64,000 nucleotides of DNA from Candidatus Latescibacterota bacterium (GTDB lineage Bacteria; Latescibacterota; UBA2968; UBA8231), in NCBI GenBank assembly GCA_965261395.1, contig OZ253462.1, positions 5,408,001-5,472,000 on the forward strand, read 5' to 3'. Positions 9,679 to 19,714 of the stretch are shown piece by piece; the first letter of the stretch is position 1; the number at the start of each line of letters is the position of its first letter. The translations under genes and the position numbers were made by a program. The notes under the pieces were generated by a model. That model was not told the origin of the DNA. It saw only the letters and a program-made list of their open reading frames with translations, and did not search any database.

Positions 9679-10611
9679 ATGGAAGCAATCAAAATGAATC
9701 CCAGCCCGGCGATTGAGGTCCCCAAGCCGCTCACCGCCGCCCAAGTGCAGTCCTTTATCGACGACGGCTATCTCGTCGTGCCGGGCCTGATGGAAGACGC
9801 CGAACTCGCCGAACTCAAACGCGACCTCGTGGACGTGGCGCGCGGCCGCTACGAGTGCGACAACATCGAGCCGGTCGATCCCACCCTCAGCGACCAAGCG
9901 GTGCTGGAAAGCATCCTCTGCATCCACCAGCCGCACTACGTCAGTCCAGTGATCGAAAGGTACGTCCGCCACCCCAAGATATGCGGTGCCCTGAGCCAGA
10001 TCACGGCCGCGCACCTGCCCTTTTGGGACGGCAGCGTCAAGTGCATGCAGTCCATGTACTTCGTCAAGCCGCCCAACTTCCAGGGGCAGGCTTGGCACCA
10101 AGACGAAATCTACATCCCCACGCGGGATCGCTCGCTGATCGGCGCGTGGACCGCCGTGGACGACGCCACCGTAGAAAACGGCTGCCTGTACGTCATTCCG
10201 GGGTCGCACCGGCCCGGCTACCTCTACCCGCAGCGGCCCCACGAAAACCCGGACGAGTTCGACTTCGCGCCCGAGAGCTACGGCTTTGACGAGAGCGTCG
10301 AGATTCCGGTTGAAGTGGAGGCCGGTGCCCTCGTGTTCTTCAACGGCTACCTCCTCCACCACTCGTACAAAAACCGCGGCGACACCTATCGCCGCGTCTT
10401 GGTCAACCACTACTGCAACTCTTGGAGCCTGTTGCCCTGGAGCCTTGAAGAGGGCGAGTCACCGGCCAAGGCCGATCGGCGCAACATCGTGCCTGTGGCC
10501 GGCATCGACCCCTATGCCTGGAAGGGCTATAAAACGCCAGCCAAGTCCGTGGGGCTGCGGCACTGCAAGGCCATCGACGAGGTCAACGCCGCCCACGAGG
10601 AGCACGCATGA
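9679..10611 (+). CDS. Phytanoyl-CoA dioxygenase (PhyH) family 2OG-Fe(II) oxygenase
   Basis: DDGYLVV, WHQD, DDATVENGCLYVIPGSH, LLHHS. Confidence 0.9.
   Translation: MEAIKMNPSPAIEVPKPLTAAQVQSFIDDGYLVVPGLMEDAELAELKRDLVDVARGRYECDNIEPVDPTLSDQAVLESILCIHQPHYVSPVIERYVRHPKICGALSQITAAHLPFWDGSVKCMQSMYFVKPPNFQGQAWHQDEIYIPTRDRSLIGAWTAVDDATVENGCLYVIPGSHRPGYLYPQRPHENPDEFDFAPESYGFDESVEIPVEVEAGALVFFNGYLLHHSYKNRGDTYRRVLVNHYCNSWSLLPWSLEEGESPAKADRRNIVPVAGIDPYAWKGYKTPAKSVGLRHCKAIDEVNAAHEEHA
10576..10594 (+). repeat. Direct repeat, copy 1 (gacgaggtcaacgccgccc)
   Basis: Identical 19-mer at 19679..19697. Extends to 23 bp with one mismatch. Confidence 0.85.
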
Positions 10612-10682
10612 AAATCGGCTACTCTACTTGGGGGATGGAGAAGATGTCCGGCACCCCGACCAGCATCCGACCAAACGAGTAG
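10608..10682 (+). pseudogene. Stub of a probable sugar-phosphate isomerase gene (MKIGYSTWGMEKM...)
   Basis: ATGA overlap with the phyH stop. The N-terminus resembles TIM-barrel isomerase starts, but the frame stops after 24 codons. Confidence 0.4.
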
Positions 10683-10686
10683 GTTG

Positions 10687-11892
10687 ATGTTCGATACTAG
10701 GGATCAGATTCTGAACCAACTCCGCGCCGGTGAAGACGGCCGCGCCGAGTTCAAAGAAGTGCGCTTCGGGGATCGAGGCGTGCTAGCCCCCAATACTCAA
10801 GAACTGGCCGGCGAACTCGTTGCGTTTGCCAACGCCGCAGGCGGCGGCGTATTCCTTGGCGTTGACGATTCGGGTGCCGTGCGCGGAATTCCGCTGGAGC
10901 AAGTAGATATGGTCGAGCACTGGTTGCTCAACGTCGCGACCCACAACTGCGATCCACCGATCCGGCTCGTCATCCGCAAAGCACTGCTGCCGGGTGCTGA
11001 AGGAGCCGAGGAGCGCGTTCTTCTGGCGGAGGTGCCGCGTGGTCTGTATGTACACCGCACATCAGGCGGGCGTTACTATACACGAATCGGGTCCACCAAA
11101 CAGGATCTCACGCCCCCGGAACTCGCCCGGCTTTTCCAACAGCGAGGCCGCGAGTACGTGTTTGACGAGCAGCCCGTACTCGCCGCAACAGTAGAAGACC
11201 TCAACCGCAATCGACTCGAAGCATTTTTCGGACGCTCGCCGACCATCCCTTGGCTCGACTTACTGCGCAACACTCGGGTGATATTTCAAGATGAGGACGG
11301 GATGGACCGGCCGACCGTCGCCGGCTTGCTGGTCTTCGCGACCGAGCCGACCGAGTTCTTGGCATCTGGGGCCATTGAAGCCGCGTGCTACCGTGGAACT
11401 CGTTTGTCCTCGGACGATCTGATCCACGCCGAGCGGCTCGCCGGCCCGGTGTCCGATCAGATCGACGCCGGAATCGCCTTCGTCGCCCGTTTCATGCAAA
11501 CAGGAGACTCCCTCCAGTACGATATCGATGTCGTTGACGAGGCCATCGTCAACGCGGTTGCCCACCGCGACTACGCCATTGCCGGGTCGAAAATCCGCCT
11601 GTTCCTGTTCGCCGACCGGCTGGAGTTGTACAGCCCCGGCAAATTGCCCAACACCATCACGATCGACGATATGGCCTACCGCACGTTCACCCGCAATCAG
11701 CTCTTGGTCAACTTCCTGTCGAGGATTCGCAGCAAGCGCACCGGTCAGGTATTCCTCGAATCGCGTGGCGAAGGTGTGCGGAAGATTCTGGAGGATGGCG
11801 AAGCGCACTCGGGCCGACACCCAAAGTATGAGCTATTCGGCGATGAGCTTCGATTGACGTTGTGGGCCAAGGGCGCGCCAGCGGCCGACTGA
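10687..11892 (+). CDS. Schlafen/AlbA_2 domain plus HATPase_c_4 (RecG C-terminal-like) protein
   Basis: GEDGRAEFKE, VAFANAAGGGVFLGVDDSG, EAIVNAVAHRDY, DRLELYSPG, ESRGEG. Confidence 0.85.
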   Translation: MFDTRDQILNQLRAGEDGRAEFKEVRFGDRGVLAPNTQELAGELVAFANAAGGGVFLGVDDSGAVRGIPLEQVDMVEHWLLNVATHNCDPPIRLVIRKALLPGAEGAEERVLLAEVPRGLYVHRTSGGRYYTRIGSTKQDLTPPELARLFQQRGREYVFDEQPVLAATVEDLNRNRLEAFFGRSPTIPWLDLLRNTRVIFQDEDGMDRPTVAGLLVFATEPTEFLASGAIEAACYRGTRLSSDDLIHAERLAGPVSDQIDAGIAFVARFMQTGDSLQYDIDVVDEAIVNAVAHRDYAIAGSKIRLFLFADRLELYSPGKLPNTITIDDMAYRTFTRNQLLVNFLSRIRSKRTGQVFLESRGEGVRKILEDGEAHSGRHPKYELFGDELRLTLWAKGAPAAD

Positions 11893-11958
11893 TCTTCTGG
11901 TGCCGACCGAGGGATCCGAAAGATATCCTGTTGCAATGGCGTGCCGATTGAGGCACTA

Positions 11959-13995
11959 CTATCGGCTTTGGCCAGCACCGCCGCGCTTATTCCGTCGTGC
12001 CCTTAGGCGATGCCTGCGGTGGCGATAGTTGGCCAAATCCTTGGCGAAACTCGACTCATCAGGTAGTAACTCCTGAGCCTTTTGAAAGGCGGACTCCACT
12101 TCACTACTGGAGGCATGGAGCCAGTCGAGGGTGCGGGCAAGTTCGCGCCACGCCCAAGCATGGCGATCGGGAGAGGCGTCTATCTGAATTATGCGCTCCA
12201 GCAATTCCCGGGCTTCGATGAGAAGACGCCGGTTCACTCCCTGCCACGATGGCTTTCTTTTTTTTTTGACCTGTTGCGCCAGTTCCATTTTAGTCTGAGC
12301 AAATTCAAGAAGCGCACGAGAATCACCCAATACCACATCGCCCGCTTGCTCGAAATAAAGATGCGCGGCCTGCGGACCGCGCAAACGGCGCGCCAGAATG
12401 GCCGTGGCGATGGCGTCCTGCGCTGAGACGACTTCGGACAGACCGCTGAGCAGACGCCGTGCATCGTCTTCTCTCCCATCCGTCAGAAGCGTCTCTATCA
12501 GCGTATTCGCTACGTTAGCGATAGCAATCCGTGGCCCTCGCTCACGGAATCTGGCAAACACGGCTTCAGCATCTTCCAATTGGCCTTGAGCCGCATATAG
12601 GCGAATCATCTCGATCGCCAGAACCGCGGACTCTTCGTTTGCCTCCCAAGCTCTCTGCACTCGCTCGAAAGCCTCTCTCGTACTCCCAACGGTGCTGAGA
12701 TAGGCTGCATCCTGTATGGCTGAAACAGCGGCGTACTCTGGATGAGCTGGTAGTGTTGCCCGGAAATAGGTTCGACTGGCATCAAAATCGAACTTTGGGG
12801 TCGGTGATCCGTTTTGCTTCATCGCGTCGTAGATTTGCGGCAAGCCCGTCAGGCGTCCCTCTGCAAGTTTGAGTTCCTTGAGGAACTCACCGATTCGCCG
12901 GTTGCGGGCTGGAACGGGCGGTACGGAGCCGCCCGGCGCTAGATGGTTCTCGTCAATACCGGAAACCGGGCCGGGATAGCTGATCACCTCAATACGGTCA
13001 GGATAGAGATACACCTTGGTCGGCTCGACGATGTCCCTATCATAACCTCGATGATAGACGGCGTTGACGAGCGCCTCCCGCAAGGCGATTTGTGGATAGC
13101 TGACCCATCCCCGCACTTGGCTGCGATCGCGCTCCTTCTGTAGGTGGGCGTGGAAAAAGCTCTCTAGGTAGTTCAGGCAGCCTCTCACCTGATCAGCAAG
13201 CGGGCCGCGAAAGAAACGCTCGGCCTGCACGCTCCCTGCACGACCCCCTGCAAACTGGACCACTTCGATTTTTGCACCGGCGAACCAACGCTCAGGATCT
13301 TCAGAAAAGAACAGCAAGGCGACGTTGCGAGGTGCCTCGTGGTCATTGACGGCTTTGGTTAGACGCATTCTCCGGTAGATTTCGAGGGAGTCCAGTTGAT
13401 GGTTGGGGCTGATGAGGCCACTTCCCACGTCGTGCAAGTGCTCCCGCACTTTGCCTTCGCGCAGATCCTCAACTTGCGCATCCAATGCCAGCCGATCATC
13501 CCAGGGAACACGGGCTGTTTGTTCAAGGAGCATTCCCAATTGGCCGCTCTTTTCGGCATCAACGGTAGCAGCTCCCACCCGTATCCAATACTTCCAGTTT
13601 CCCTCCGCATCCGGTGCGCGGTGCGGTCGGTTTTCGCTCGCCGGTACCCATACGACGAGGATGTGACGATCCTCTACCAATTCGGGAGAAAATATGGGGT
13701 CGTAAGATGGGTTCATGGCCTTGCATCGGCCACGCAGCCAGTTCTCCGCCCGCTCCATATCTTCGGCTCCAAGTCCGGCAGGTGGCAGAACAGCTCGACC
13801 ATCCTGTTCGGCGACACCGAGGACGACATAACCACCGTTCAGATTCTGGTGGTCGTTTGCGAACGCGCAAACGGTTTTTAGGACCTGGCTTCCCGTGGTT
13901 CGCTCATTCCAGCTTGCCTTGAACTCCACACGGGCCGATTCCACGGAGCGTTGGTGCAGAAGGTCATCGAGGTTGACGGAAAGGATGGTACTCAT
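11959..13995 (-). CDS. Schlafen/AlbA_2 plus HATPase_c_4 protein with C-terminal TPR-like helical region
   Basis: ESARVEFKASW, CAFAND..NLNGGYVVLGV, REALVNAVYHRGY, RNRRIGEFLKELKLAEG. Ala/Leu-rich helical repeats at the C-terminus. Confidence 0.85.
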   Translation of the reverse strand: MSTILSVNLDDLLHQRSVESARVEFKASWNERTTGSQVLKTVCAFANDHQNLNGGYVVLGVAEQDGRAVLPPAGLGAEDMERAENWLRGRCKAMNPSYDPIFSPELVEDRHILVVWVPASENRPHRAPDAEGNWKYWIRVGAATVDAEKSGQLGMLLEQTARVPWDDRLALDAQVEDLREGKVREHLHDVGSGLISPNHQLDSLEIYRRMRLTKAVNDHEAPRNVALLFFSEDPERWFAGAKIEVVQFAGGRAGSVQAERFFRGPLADQVRGCLNYLESFFHAHLQKERDRSQVRGWVSYPQIALREALVNAVYHRGYDRDIVEPTKVYLYPDRIEVISYPGPVSGIDENHLAPGGSVPPVPARNRRIGEFLKELKLAEGRLTGLPQIYDAMKQNGSPTPKFDFDASRTYFRATLPAHPEYAAVSAIQDAAYLSTVGSTREAFERVQRAWEANEESAVLAIEMIRLYAAQGQLEDAEAVFARFRERGPRIAIANVANTLIETLLTDGREDDARRLLSGLSEVVSAQDAIATAILARRLRGPQAAHLYFEQAGDVVLGDSRALLEFAQTKMELAQQVKKKRKPSWQGVNRRLLIEARELLERIIQIDASPDRHAWAWRELARTLDWLHASSSEVESAFQKAQELLPDESSFAKDLANYRHRRHRLRARRNKRGGAGQSR

Positions 13996-14229
13996 TGAGA
14001 AGACATCCCTTTACGCGGGTTGGCGTCGCTATACATTTGTATAAAAAGATAATATGTCAGCGTCTAAGAGGCGCAAGTTTGACGACATAGCCCCTAGGAA
14101 TCTTGTACTATGTCAAGAATACAAAGCATTATACATAAAAGCTAAAAAGATAAATCAACTAAGGACCATTATTTATTGAAGTTTTTGCTTGGCCTATACC
14201 ATGATACCTCTTATTAAGAGTTTTAATTA

Positions 14230-17200
14230 ATGGCCCTGAACCCCATCGCCTACACTGAAAACGTCCTCAAGAGCTTCCTGCGCTACCAACTCACCGCGTA
14301 CCCTTTCGCGGATCAGCACCTACACGAGCAGATGCGCGAGCTTCTCTCTTTGAACAAAACTCGCCAATCGCCTCTCTTCAAAGGCCCCTACATCAGTCTT
14401 TCTCGCCCATTTCGACAAGGAGCGCCGATAGACGATCTCATCGGCGCAGGGTTGCTGCATCCGCATCTGCGCGAACGCATTCTGCGGGAAATCACCCATC
14501 TGTACAGCCACCAAGAGGCGGCGATTCGCTCCGTCGAAAGCGGTGGAGCGACGCTGGTTTCCACCGGCACCGGCTCCGGTAAGACGGAGTGCTTTCTCTA
14601 CCCCATTGTCAGCAAGTGTCTGCATTTGCGCGACGAAGGCGCGCCATCGGGCATCGCCGCGATCATAGTCTATCCGATGAATGCGCTGGCAGAAGATCAG
14701 TTAATGAGGCTCCGGTCGTTACTGGCAGGCACAGGCATCACGTTTGGGATGTATGTGGGCAAAACGCCGGAGTGGGAGAAGGATGTGGCCGGAGTGCGAC
14801 TGTCGGCGGGAGCGTCTCGGGCAGACTACGAAGCGCGGCTGGAACGCATCCGGGGCGAAGGCAGCGGCGAAACCGTCTATCCGGCGGAAGAGGTTTGTTC
14901 ACGCGAGGTGATGCGTACGCCCGGGCGGCAACCGCGCATTCTGCTTACCAACGTCAAGCAGTTGGAACTGTTGCTCACCCGGCAAACGGACGTGGAATTG
15001 TTCGCGGGGGCGCAGTTGCACCATCTGGTATTCGACGAAGCCCATACCTTCACCGGCGCGCTGGGCGCGGAGACAGCCTGCCTGATCCGCCGTCTGCGTG
15101 CGTTTTGCGGGCAGGGTACGGACGATACCGCCTGCATCGCCACATCGGCCACCATCGTCGATGTTCTGCGACCCGAAGCGGCGATAAACTTTGCTGCACG
15201 CTTCTTCGGTGTCGCGGAAGAAGCCGTAACAACGGTAGACGAAAACTACGAGAAGGAAGTGTGGGATGGCGTGCGTACGCTTCCCGCGCCACCGGCCGGG
15301 GATGCCGCCGAGCTGCTGGACCGCTGCGTTCAAGCAGTCGATGACGAGAAAGATCCAAACTCAGCCGTGCGCGCTGCCTATCGCGCTCTCGCCGGAGAAG
15401 ACTTGGGTGCCGGCAAGTGGCCGGAGGCACTGCACGAGGCCCTTTCCCGCAATGAGCTGGTGTACCTACTAAACGAAGAGTTGGCGTCCCCGAAAGCCCT
15501 CGACGCGCTTCCGGTAGCATTGCAGGAACGCATTGGGCGCACCGTCGCGGAAGCGGAAATCCTCGCCTGGCTGGCGCTTGGTGCCGCTGCCCGACGAGAC
15601 GGACGGCCCCTGTTGCGCCCGGTGGTACATGCGTTCGTTCGCGGAATCAGCGGCGCGGTGGTGACTTTTCCTGAAGACTGTGAAGGGCCAAAATTGTGGC
15701 TAGCGGCGGAGGATGAATGCGAACCGACGGCCTCACATGCCCACTTTCCCGTAACCACCTGCACGACCTGCGGGCAACACTACTTTGTCACTTTCCTCAA
15801 GGATTTCTCTTTTACCGGCAAAGAGCCTAGCGGCGGCGAAGCGGGGCCGGACGGCCCATATTGGCCACCTCTGGAAGAACCACACGGCGGCAAACGCGTA
15901 GTGCTGGTAGACAGGCTCATTGGCAGCAGCGACGATGATGATGATGGGCCAATCGAACGTACCGCCGCGTTGCATTTTTGCCGCTCTTGCGGTGCCGCCC
16001 ATCCCGATGACTTCTCGTACTGCCGCGCCTGCGGAGTGCCTGCAGGTGCAGTAGAACTTCATGCGGTGCGCTCGAACAACAAGAACTATCCCGGTTATAT
16101 CACTAGCTGTTTGTCCTGCGGTGCACAGGGACGGACCGGCATTCAGTACCGCGAACCGGCTCGACCCGTGCGAGCCATCAATGTCGCCGATGTCCATGTG
16201 CTGACACAGGACATGGTGCATCACTCGGAGCGTCCCCGGTTGCTCGTGTTCTGTGACAACCGCCAAGACGCCGCGTTTCAGGCCGGCTGGATGAAGGATC
16301 ATGCACGGCGTTTCCGGCTGCGGGCGCTGATGGCGGAAGGCATACAAGAGACCCCTCGCTCCATTGGCGACCTGACGGCTTTTCTGGATGCAACACTAGA
16401 GCAGGACGAGGCACTGTCCCGGGCACTGATCCCAGAGGTCTGGCAAGTTGCGCGGAAAGAAGGCCCAGGTGGGCAGCACGCCCAAGAACGCCGCAAGTTT
16501 CTGCGCATCCAGGTATTGCGCGAGGTGACGCTGTCATCCCGGCAGGCACTGGGCTTGGAGCCTTGGGGACGCCTGAAGGTGGACTACTACGGCTTGGACG
16601 CCTCGTTGCCGTGGATTCAGGAACTTGCCCATCGGTTGGCATTGCCGCCGGATGAACTGTGCGAGGGCGTCGCCGTAGCGCTCGACTACCTGCGCCGCAA
16701 ACGCGTCCTGTACGACCCGGAGCAGCCAATTTTCACGCGCTACTGGCAAGATGGCGACCGGGAGATACAACAAGGCTACCTGCCGGACTTCTACAACCCC
16801 GTCGCTACCAAGCTGCAACGCAGTGCCTTCGATAAGCAGCAGTTGGTGACACAATGGCTAAGCAATGGCGGCGACACCACCATGAGACAAATGGCGCGTA
16901 AATGGGGTGCTGAGGCCGAGGCCATTCCGGCGTTGCTTACTGGCCTGTTCGAGTTCCTCGTCGAACAGAAGCTGTTGACGCCAGTAACGCTTAAAGGATC
17001 GAGGGGCCGTGCGGTGCCGGGTGCCAGTGAGGTGTACCAAGTCAACGCCGATCTGCTGCGCCTGAGCCCCAACAAGGGCGCGTGGCGGTGCGAACGCTGT
17101 CGGCGAACTACCACGCGCCGCCCTCCCGGTGATCGCTGTCCGGCATGGCGTTGCTATGGGGTACTGGCCTGGATTGCCGAGGACGAGGACGACTACAACT

Positions 17201-19614
17201 TGCAGCTCCTCGATGGTGCCTACGCCATGCTGCGCCCGGAGGAACACACGGCCATGGTGCCGGCTGAGACGCGCGAACGCCTCGAAAATCTGTTTAAGGG
17301 CGAGTCCGATGCGGTCAACTGTTTCGTGTGTACACCGACGCTGGAACTCGGCATCGACATCGGTCAACTCGACTCAGTGTTAATGCGCAACGTGCCGCCG
17401 TTGCCGGCCAACTACTGGCAGAGAGCAGGCCGCGCTGGGCGTCGTCATCGCATGGCCGTGGACATCGCCTATTGCCGCCCGGTATCCCACGACCGCGCCT
17501 ATTTTGCGGAGCCACTAAAATTGCTCGCTGGGCGCATCGATCCGCCGGCCTTCAACCTGCGCAACAACGTCATGGTCGCCAAGCACGTTCACGCCACGGT
17601 GATCACGCGGTTGCACCAATGCGCACACACACCAGCCGACCACGCTGTGCTTGCCGCCTGTCTACCGCGCCGGGTGTCTGCGTATCTGTTCGAGAACAGC
17701 GAGATTCGCACCGCGCCATTCGATTTGAGTGGATTGCGCGACCTCATCGACCGCCATGCGGACGATCTCGTAGCCTATGTGGTAGATGTCTTCCATGAAA
17801 GCTGGCCGGATGCGGATGCAGATGCCACCACGCCGGAGGTGCTTGAGGCCTATGTCAAAACATTTGTAGACGGACTGGAAGAAGTGATAAAGCGGCTTAA
17901 GCGGCGTCTCGATTGGGGCATGGGTCAGATCAGGCGTCTGAACGAAACCCGCGAACGGCAAGGCACGCTCAGACCGGGAGACGACGTACTATTCCGCCGT
18001 TGCGATAATCTAGTGCGACGCCTCAAAGGCACCGCTAGCCCCACGCGGCGCGAAGCCGAAGGCCACGACGGTTTCAACACCTTTAGCGTGCTCGCCGCAG
18101 AAGGCTTCCTGTCTGGCTATGGTTTGGAAACCGGCTCGGTAATGGGATGGGCCGAGATTCCTTTCTGGCGCACCGGTGCCATGGACTTTGTGCTGCCGAG
18201 ACCGCCAGCTACGGCGCTGCGCGAATATGTGCCGGGCAATCTCATCTACGCCAACGGACACCGTTTCGTAGCACGGCGCTTCCATCGCAACATTGATGAG
18301 GAACGTTCGGAGACACCGGTTTACGCAGTCTCCGTGGAACGCCAAGCAGTAAAGTCCAGCGACATGGGCGCGGGACTGAGCGCGCAAACGCTGCGCGCCA
18401 TCGCCGTATGTGATACAGACCTAATTCACACTTCGCACATCTCCGACGAAGAAGAACTGCGTTTTCAGATGGGCGTGGCCACGTATGGGCTGGAATTGGA
18501 TCAGCATAGCGGGGGACGTGCATTCCGATGGGGCGCACGCCCCGTCCACCTGCGTCGGGGCGTGCGCTTTCGGCTCCTGAACGTTGGTGCCTCACGCACG
18601 GTTCAGCGGGGCGAACTTGGCTACCCAGTGTGTACGGTGTGCGGCCAGAGCGTCTCGCCACTATCGTCGGAACGCCAGCTTCAACACTTCCGCGCCTTCC
18701 ACGCCGAACACTGCCATCAGGAGCCGACGTCCATCGGCTTCTACGCCGACGTGACAGCGGATGTGCTGTCGCTGCCCAATTGCGAAAACGCCGTCACTGC
18801 GTATAGCGTGATGGAAGCGTTGCGCTCTGCCGCCGCTCGGGTACTCGACATGCACCTAGAGGATTTGCAGATCCTCGTTATCGGACGCACCGAACGTGAC
18901 GATGTCGATGCCCTGCTATGGGATCCTATGCCCGGCGGTTCCGGTTTGCTGGATCGCCTGTGCGAACGCTTCGCCGACGTGGTGGAGATCGCACGGGAAG
19001 TGGTCAACGACTGCCCCTCGGAGTGTGAGAGTTCCTGCATCGACTGCCTACAGACCTTCCGCAACGCGTACTACCACACACGTCTAGATCGTCATTTGGC
19101 CGGCAAGCGTATTGACACATGGGGCCTCCATCTGGCATTCGACCACGACATACCGCCCCTACAGCCTCCCACTCCGCCTGCCAAAGATGCGGTCCCGGTC
19201 AATGACGCGGAAACGCGCCTACGCCACCTGTTGCTGGCAGCAGGATTCCCGGAAGGCAGCCGCAACGAACAGATACGCCTAGATCGCGTACTCGGCACGA
19301 CGACCCCGGATGTCATATACCGCGCCGCCGACTCCGATGAAGACGAAGCTATATGCATTTATCTTGATGGCCTGAGCCGCCATCTGCACGGCAACCCAGA
19401 AACCGCCGAGCACGACCGCGCTATCCGCTCTTGGCTCCGCAACCACGGCCGTGAGGTCATCGAAATTGCCGCCACCGACCTGCACGACCAAGCAGCAATG
19501 ACCCATCACTTCCGCCGACTTGCCAACTACTTGGGTGACAGGAAACTCAGACAGCACATACGCGAGAACCAAGACTGGTTTTTGCCCTCTGATGCTGAAA
19601 TCCCTAGCGTATGA
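14230..19614 (+). CDS. Large DEAD/DEAH-box helicase with Zn ribbons, DUF1998 and a C-terminal Vsr/PD-(D/E)XK-like nuclease region (DruE/DrmB-like architecture)
   Basis: TGTGSGKT, YPMNALAEDQ, DEAH, ATSAT, TPTLELGIDIG, QRAGRAGR. Multiple CxxC. DPMPGGSG...CESSCIDCL. PDVIY...IYLDG...HG. Confidence 0.9.
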   Translation: MALNPIAYTENVLKSFLRYQLTAYPFADQHLHEQMRELLSLNKTRQSPLFKGPYISLSRPFRQGAPIDDLIGAGLLHPHLRERILREITHLYSHQEAAIRSVESGGATLVSTGTGSGKTECFLYPIVSKCLHLRDEGAPSGIAAIIVYPMNALAEDQLMRLRSLLAGTGITFGMYVGKTPEWEKDVAGVRLSAGASRADYEARLERIRGEGSGETVYPAEEVCSREVMRTPGRQPRILLTNVKQLELLLTRQTDVELFAGAQLHHLVFDEAHTFTGALGAETACLIRRLRAFCGQGTDDTACIATSATIVDVLRPEAAINFAARFFGVAEEAVTTVDENYEKEVWDGVRTLPAPPAGDAAELLDRCVQAVDDEKDPNSAVRAAYRALAGEDLGAGKWPEALHEALSRNELVYLLNEELASPKALDALPVALQERIGRTVAEAEILAWLALGAAARRDGRPLLRPVVHAFVRGISGAVVTFPEDCEGPKLWLAAEDECEPTASHAHFPVTTCTTCGQHYFVTFLKDFSFTGKEPSGGEAGPDGPYWPPLEEPHGGKRVVLVDRLIGSSDDDDDGPIERTAALHFCRSCGAAHPDDFSYCRACGVPAGAVELHAVRSNNKNYPGYITSCLSCGAQGRTGIQYREPARPVRAINVADVHVLTQDMVHHSERPRLLVFCDNRQDAAFQAGWMKDHARRFRLRALMAEGIQETPRSIGDLTAFLDATLEQDEALSRALIPEVWQVARKEGPGGQHAQERRKFLRIQVLREVTLSSRQALGLEPWGRLKVDYYGLDASLPWIQELAHRLALPPDELCEGVAVALDYLRRKRVLYDPEQPIFTRYWQDGDREIQQGYLPDFYNPVATKLQRSAFDKQQLVTQWLSNGGDTTMRQMARKWGAEAEAIPALLTGLFEFLVEQKLLTPVTLKGSRGRAVPGASEVYQVNADLLRLSPNKGAWRCERCRRTTTRRPPGDRCPAWRCYGVLAWIAEDEDDYNLQLLDGAYAMLRPEEHTAMVPAETRERLENLFKGESDAVNCFVCTPTLELGIDIGQLDSVLMRNVPPLPANYWQRAGRAGRRHRMAVDIAYCRPVSHDRAYFAEPLKLLAGRIDPPAFNLRNNVMVAKHVHATVITRLHQCAHTPADHAVLAACLPRRVSAYLFENSEIRTAPFDLSGLRDLIDRHADDLVAYVVDVFHESWPDADADATTPEVLEAYVKTFVDGLEEVIKRLKRRLDWGMGQIRRLNETRERQGTLRPGDDVLFRRCDNLVRRLKGTASPTRREAEGHDGFNTFSVLAAEGFLSGYGLETGSVMGWAEIPFWRTGAMDFVLPRPPATALREYVPGNLIYANGHRFVARRFHRNIDEERSETPVYAVSVERQAVKSSDMGAGLSAQTLRAIAVCDTDLIHTSHISDEEELRFQMGVATYGLELDQHSGGRAFRWGARPVHLRRGVRFRLLNVGASRTVQRGELGYPVCTVCGQSVSPLSSERQLQHFRAFHAEHCHQEPTSIGFYADVTADVLSLPNCENAVTAYSVMEALRSAAARVLDMHLEDLQILVIGRTERDDVDALLWDPMPGGSGLLDRLCERFADVVEIAREVVNDCPSECESSCIDCLQTFRNAYYHTRLDRHLAGKRIDTWGLHLAFDHDIPPLQPPTPPAKDAVPVNDAETRLRHLLLAAGFPEGSRNEQIRLDRVLGTTTPDVIYRAADSDEDEAICIYLDGLSRHLHGNPETAEHDRAIRSWLRNHGREVIEIAATDLHDQAAMTHHFRRLANYLGDRKLRQHIRENQDWFLPSDAEIPSV

Positions 19615-19678
19615 CGAAATGATTCACACCCTAAGAAAAGCGACAGCTATGAAAAAGAGCCGATTGGCATCAGTAGGT

Positions 19679-19697
19679 GACGAGGTCAACGCCGCCC
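19679..19697 (+). repeat. Direct repeat, copy 2 (encodes an alternative phyH 3' end, DEVNAARDNP*)
   Basis: Identical to 10576..10594. Confidence 0.85.
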
Positions 19698-19714
19698 GCG
19701 ACAATCCCTAACCT

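Noticed and set aside
14230-19614. Calling the helicase druE or drmB outright
   Set aside because: The architecture is similar, but partner genes are absent and orthology cannot be shown without a search.
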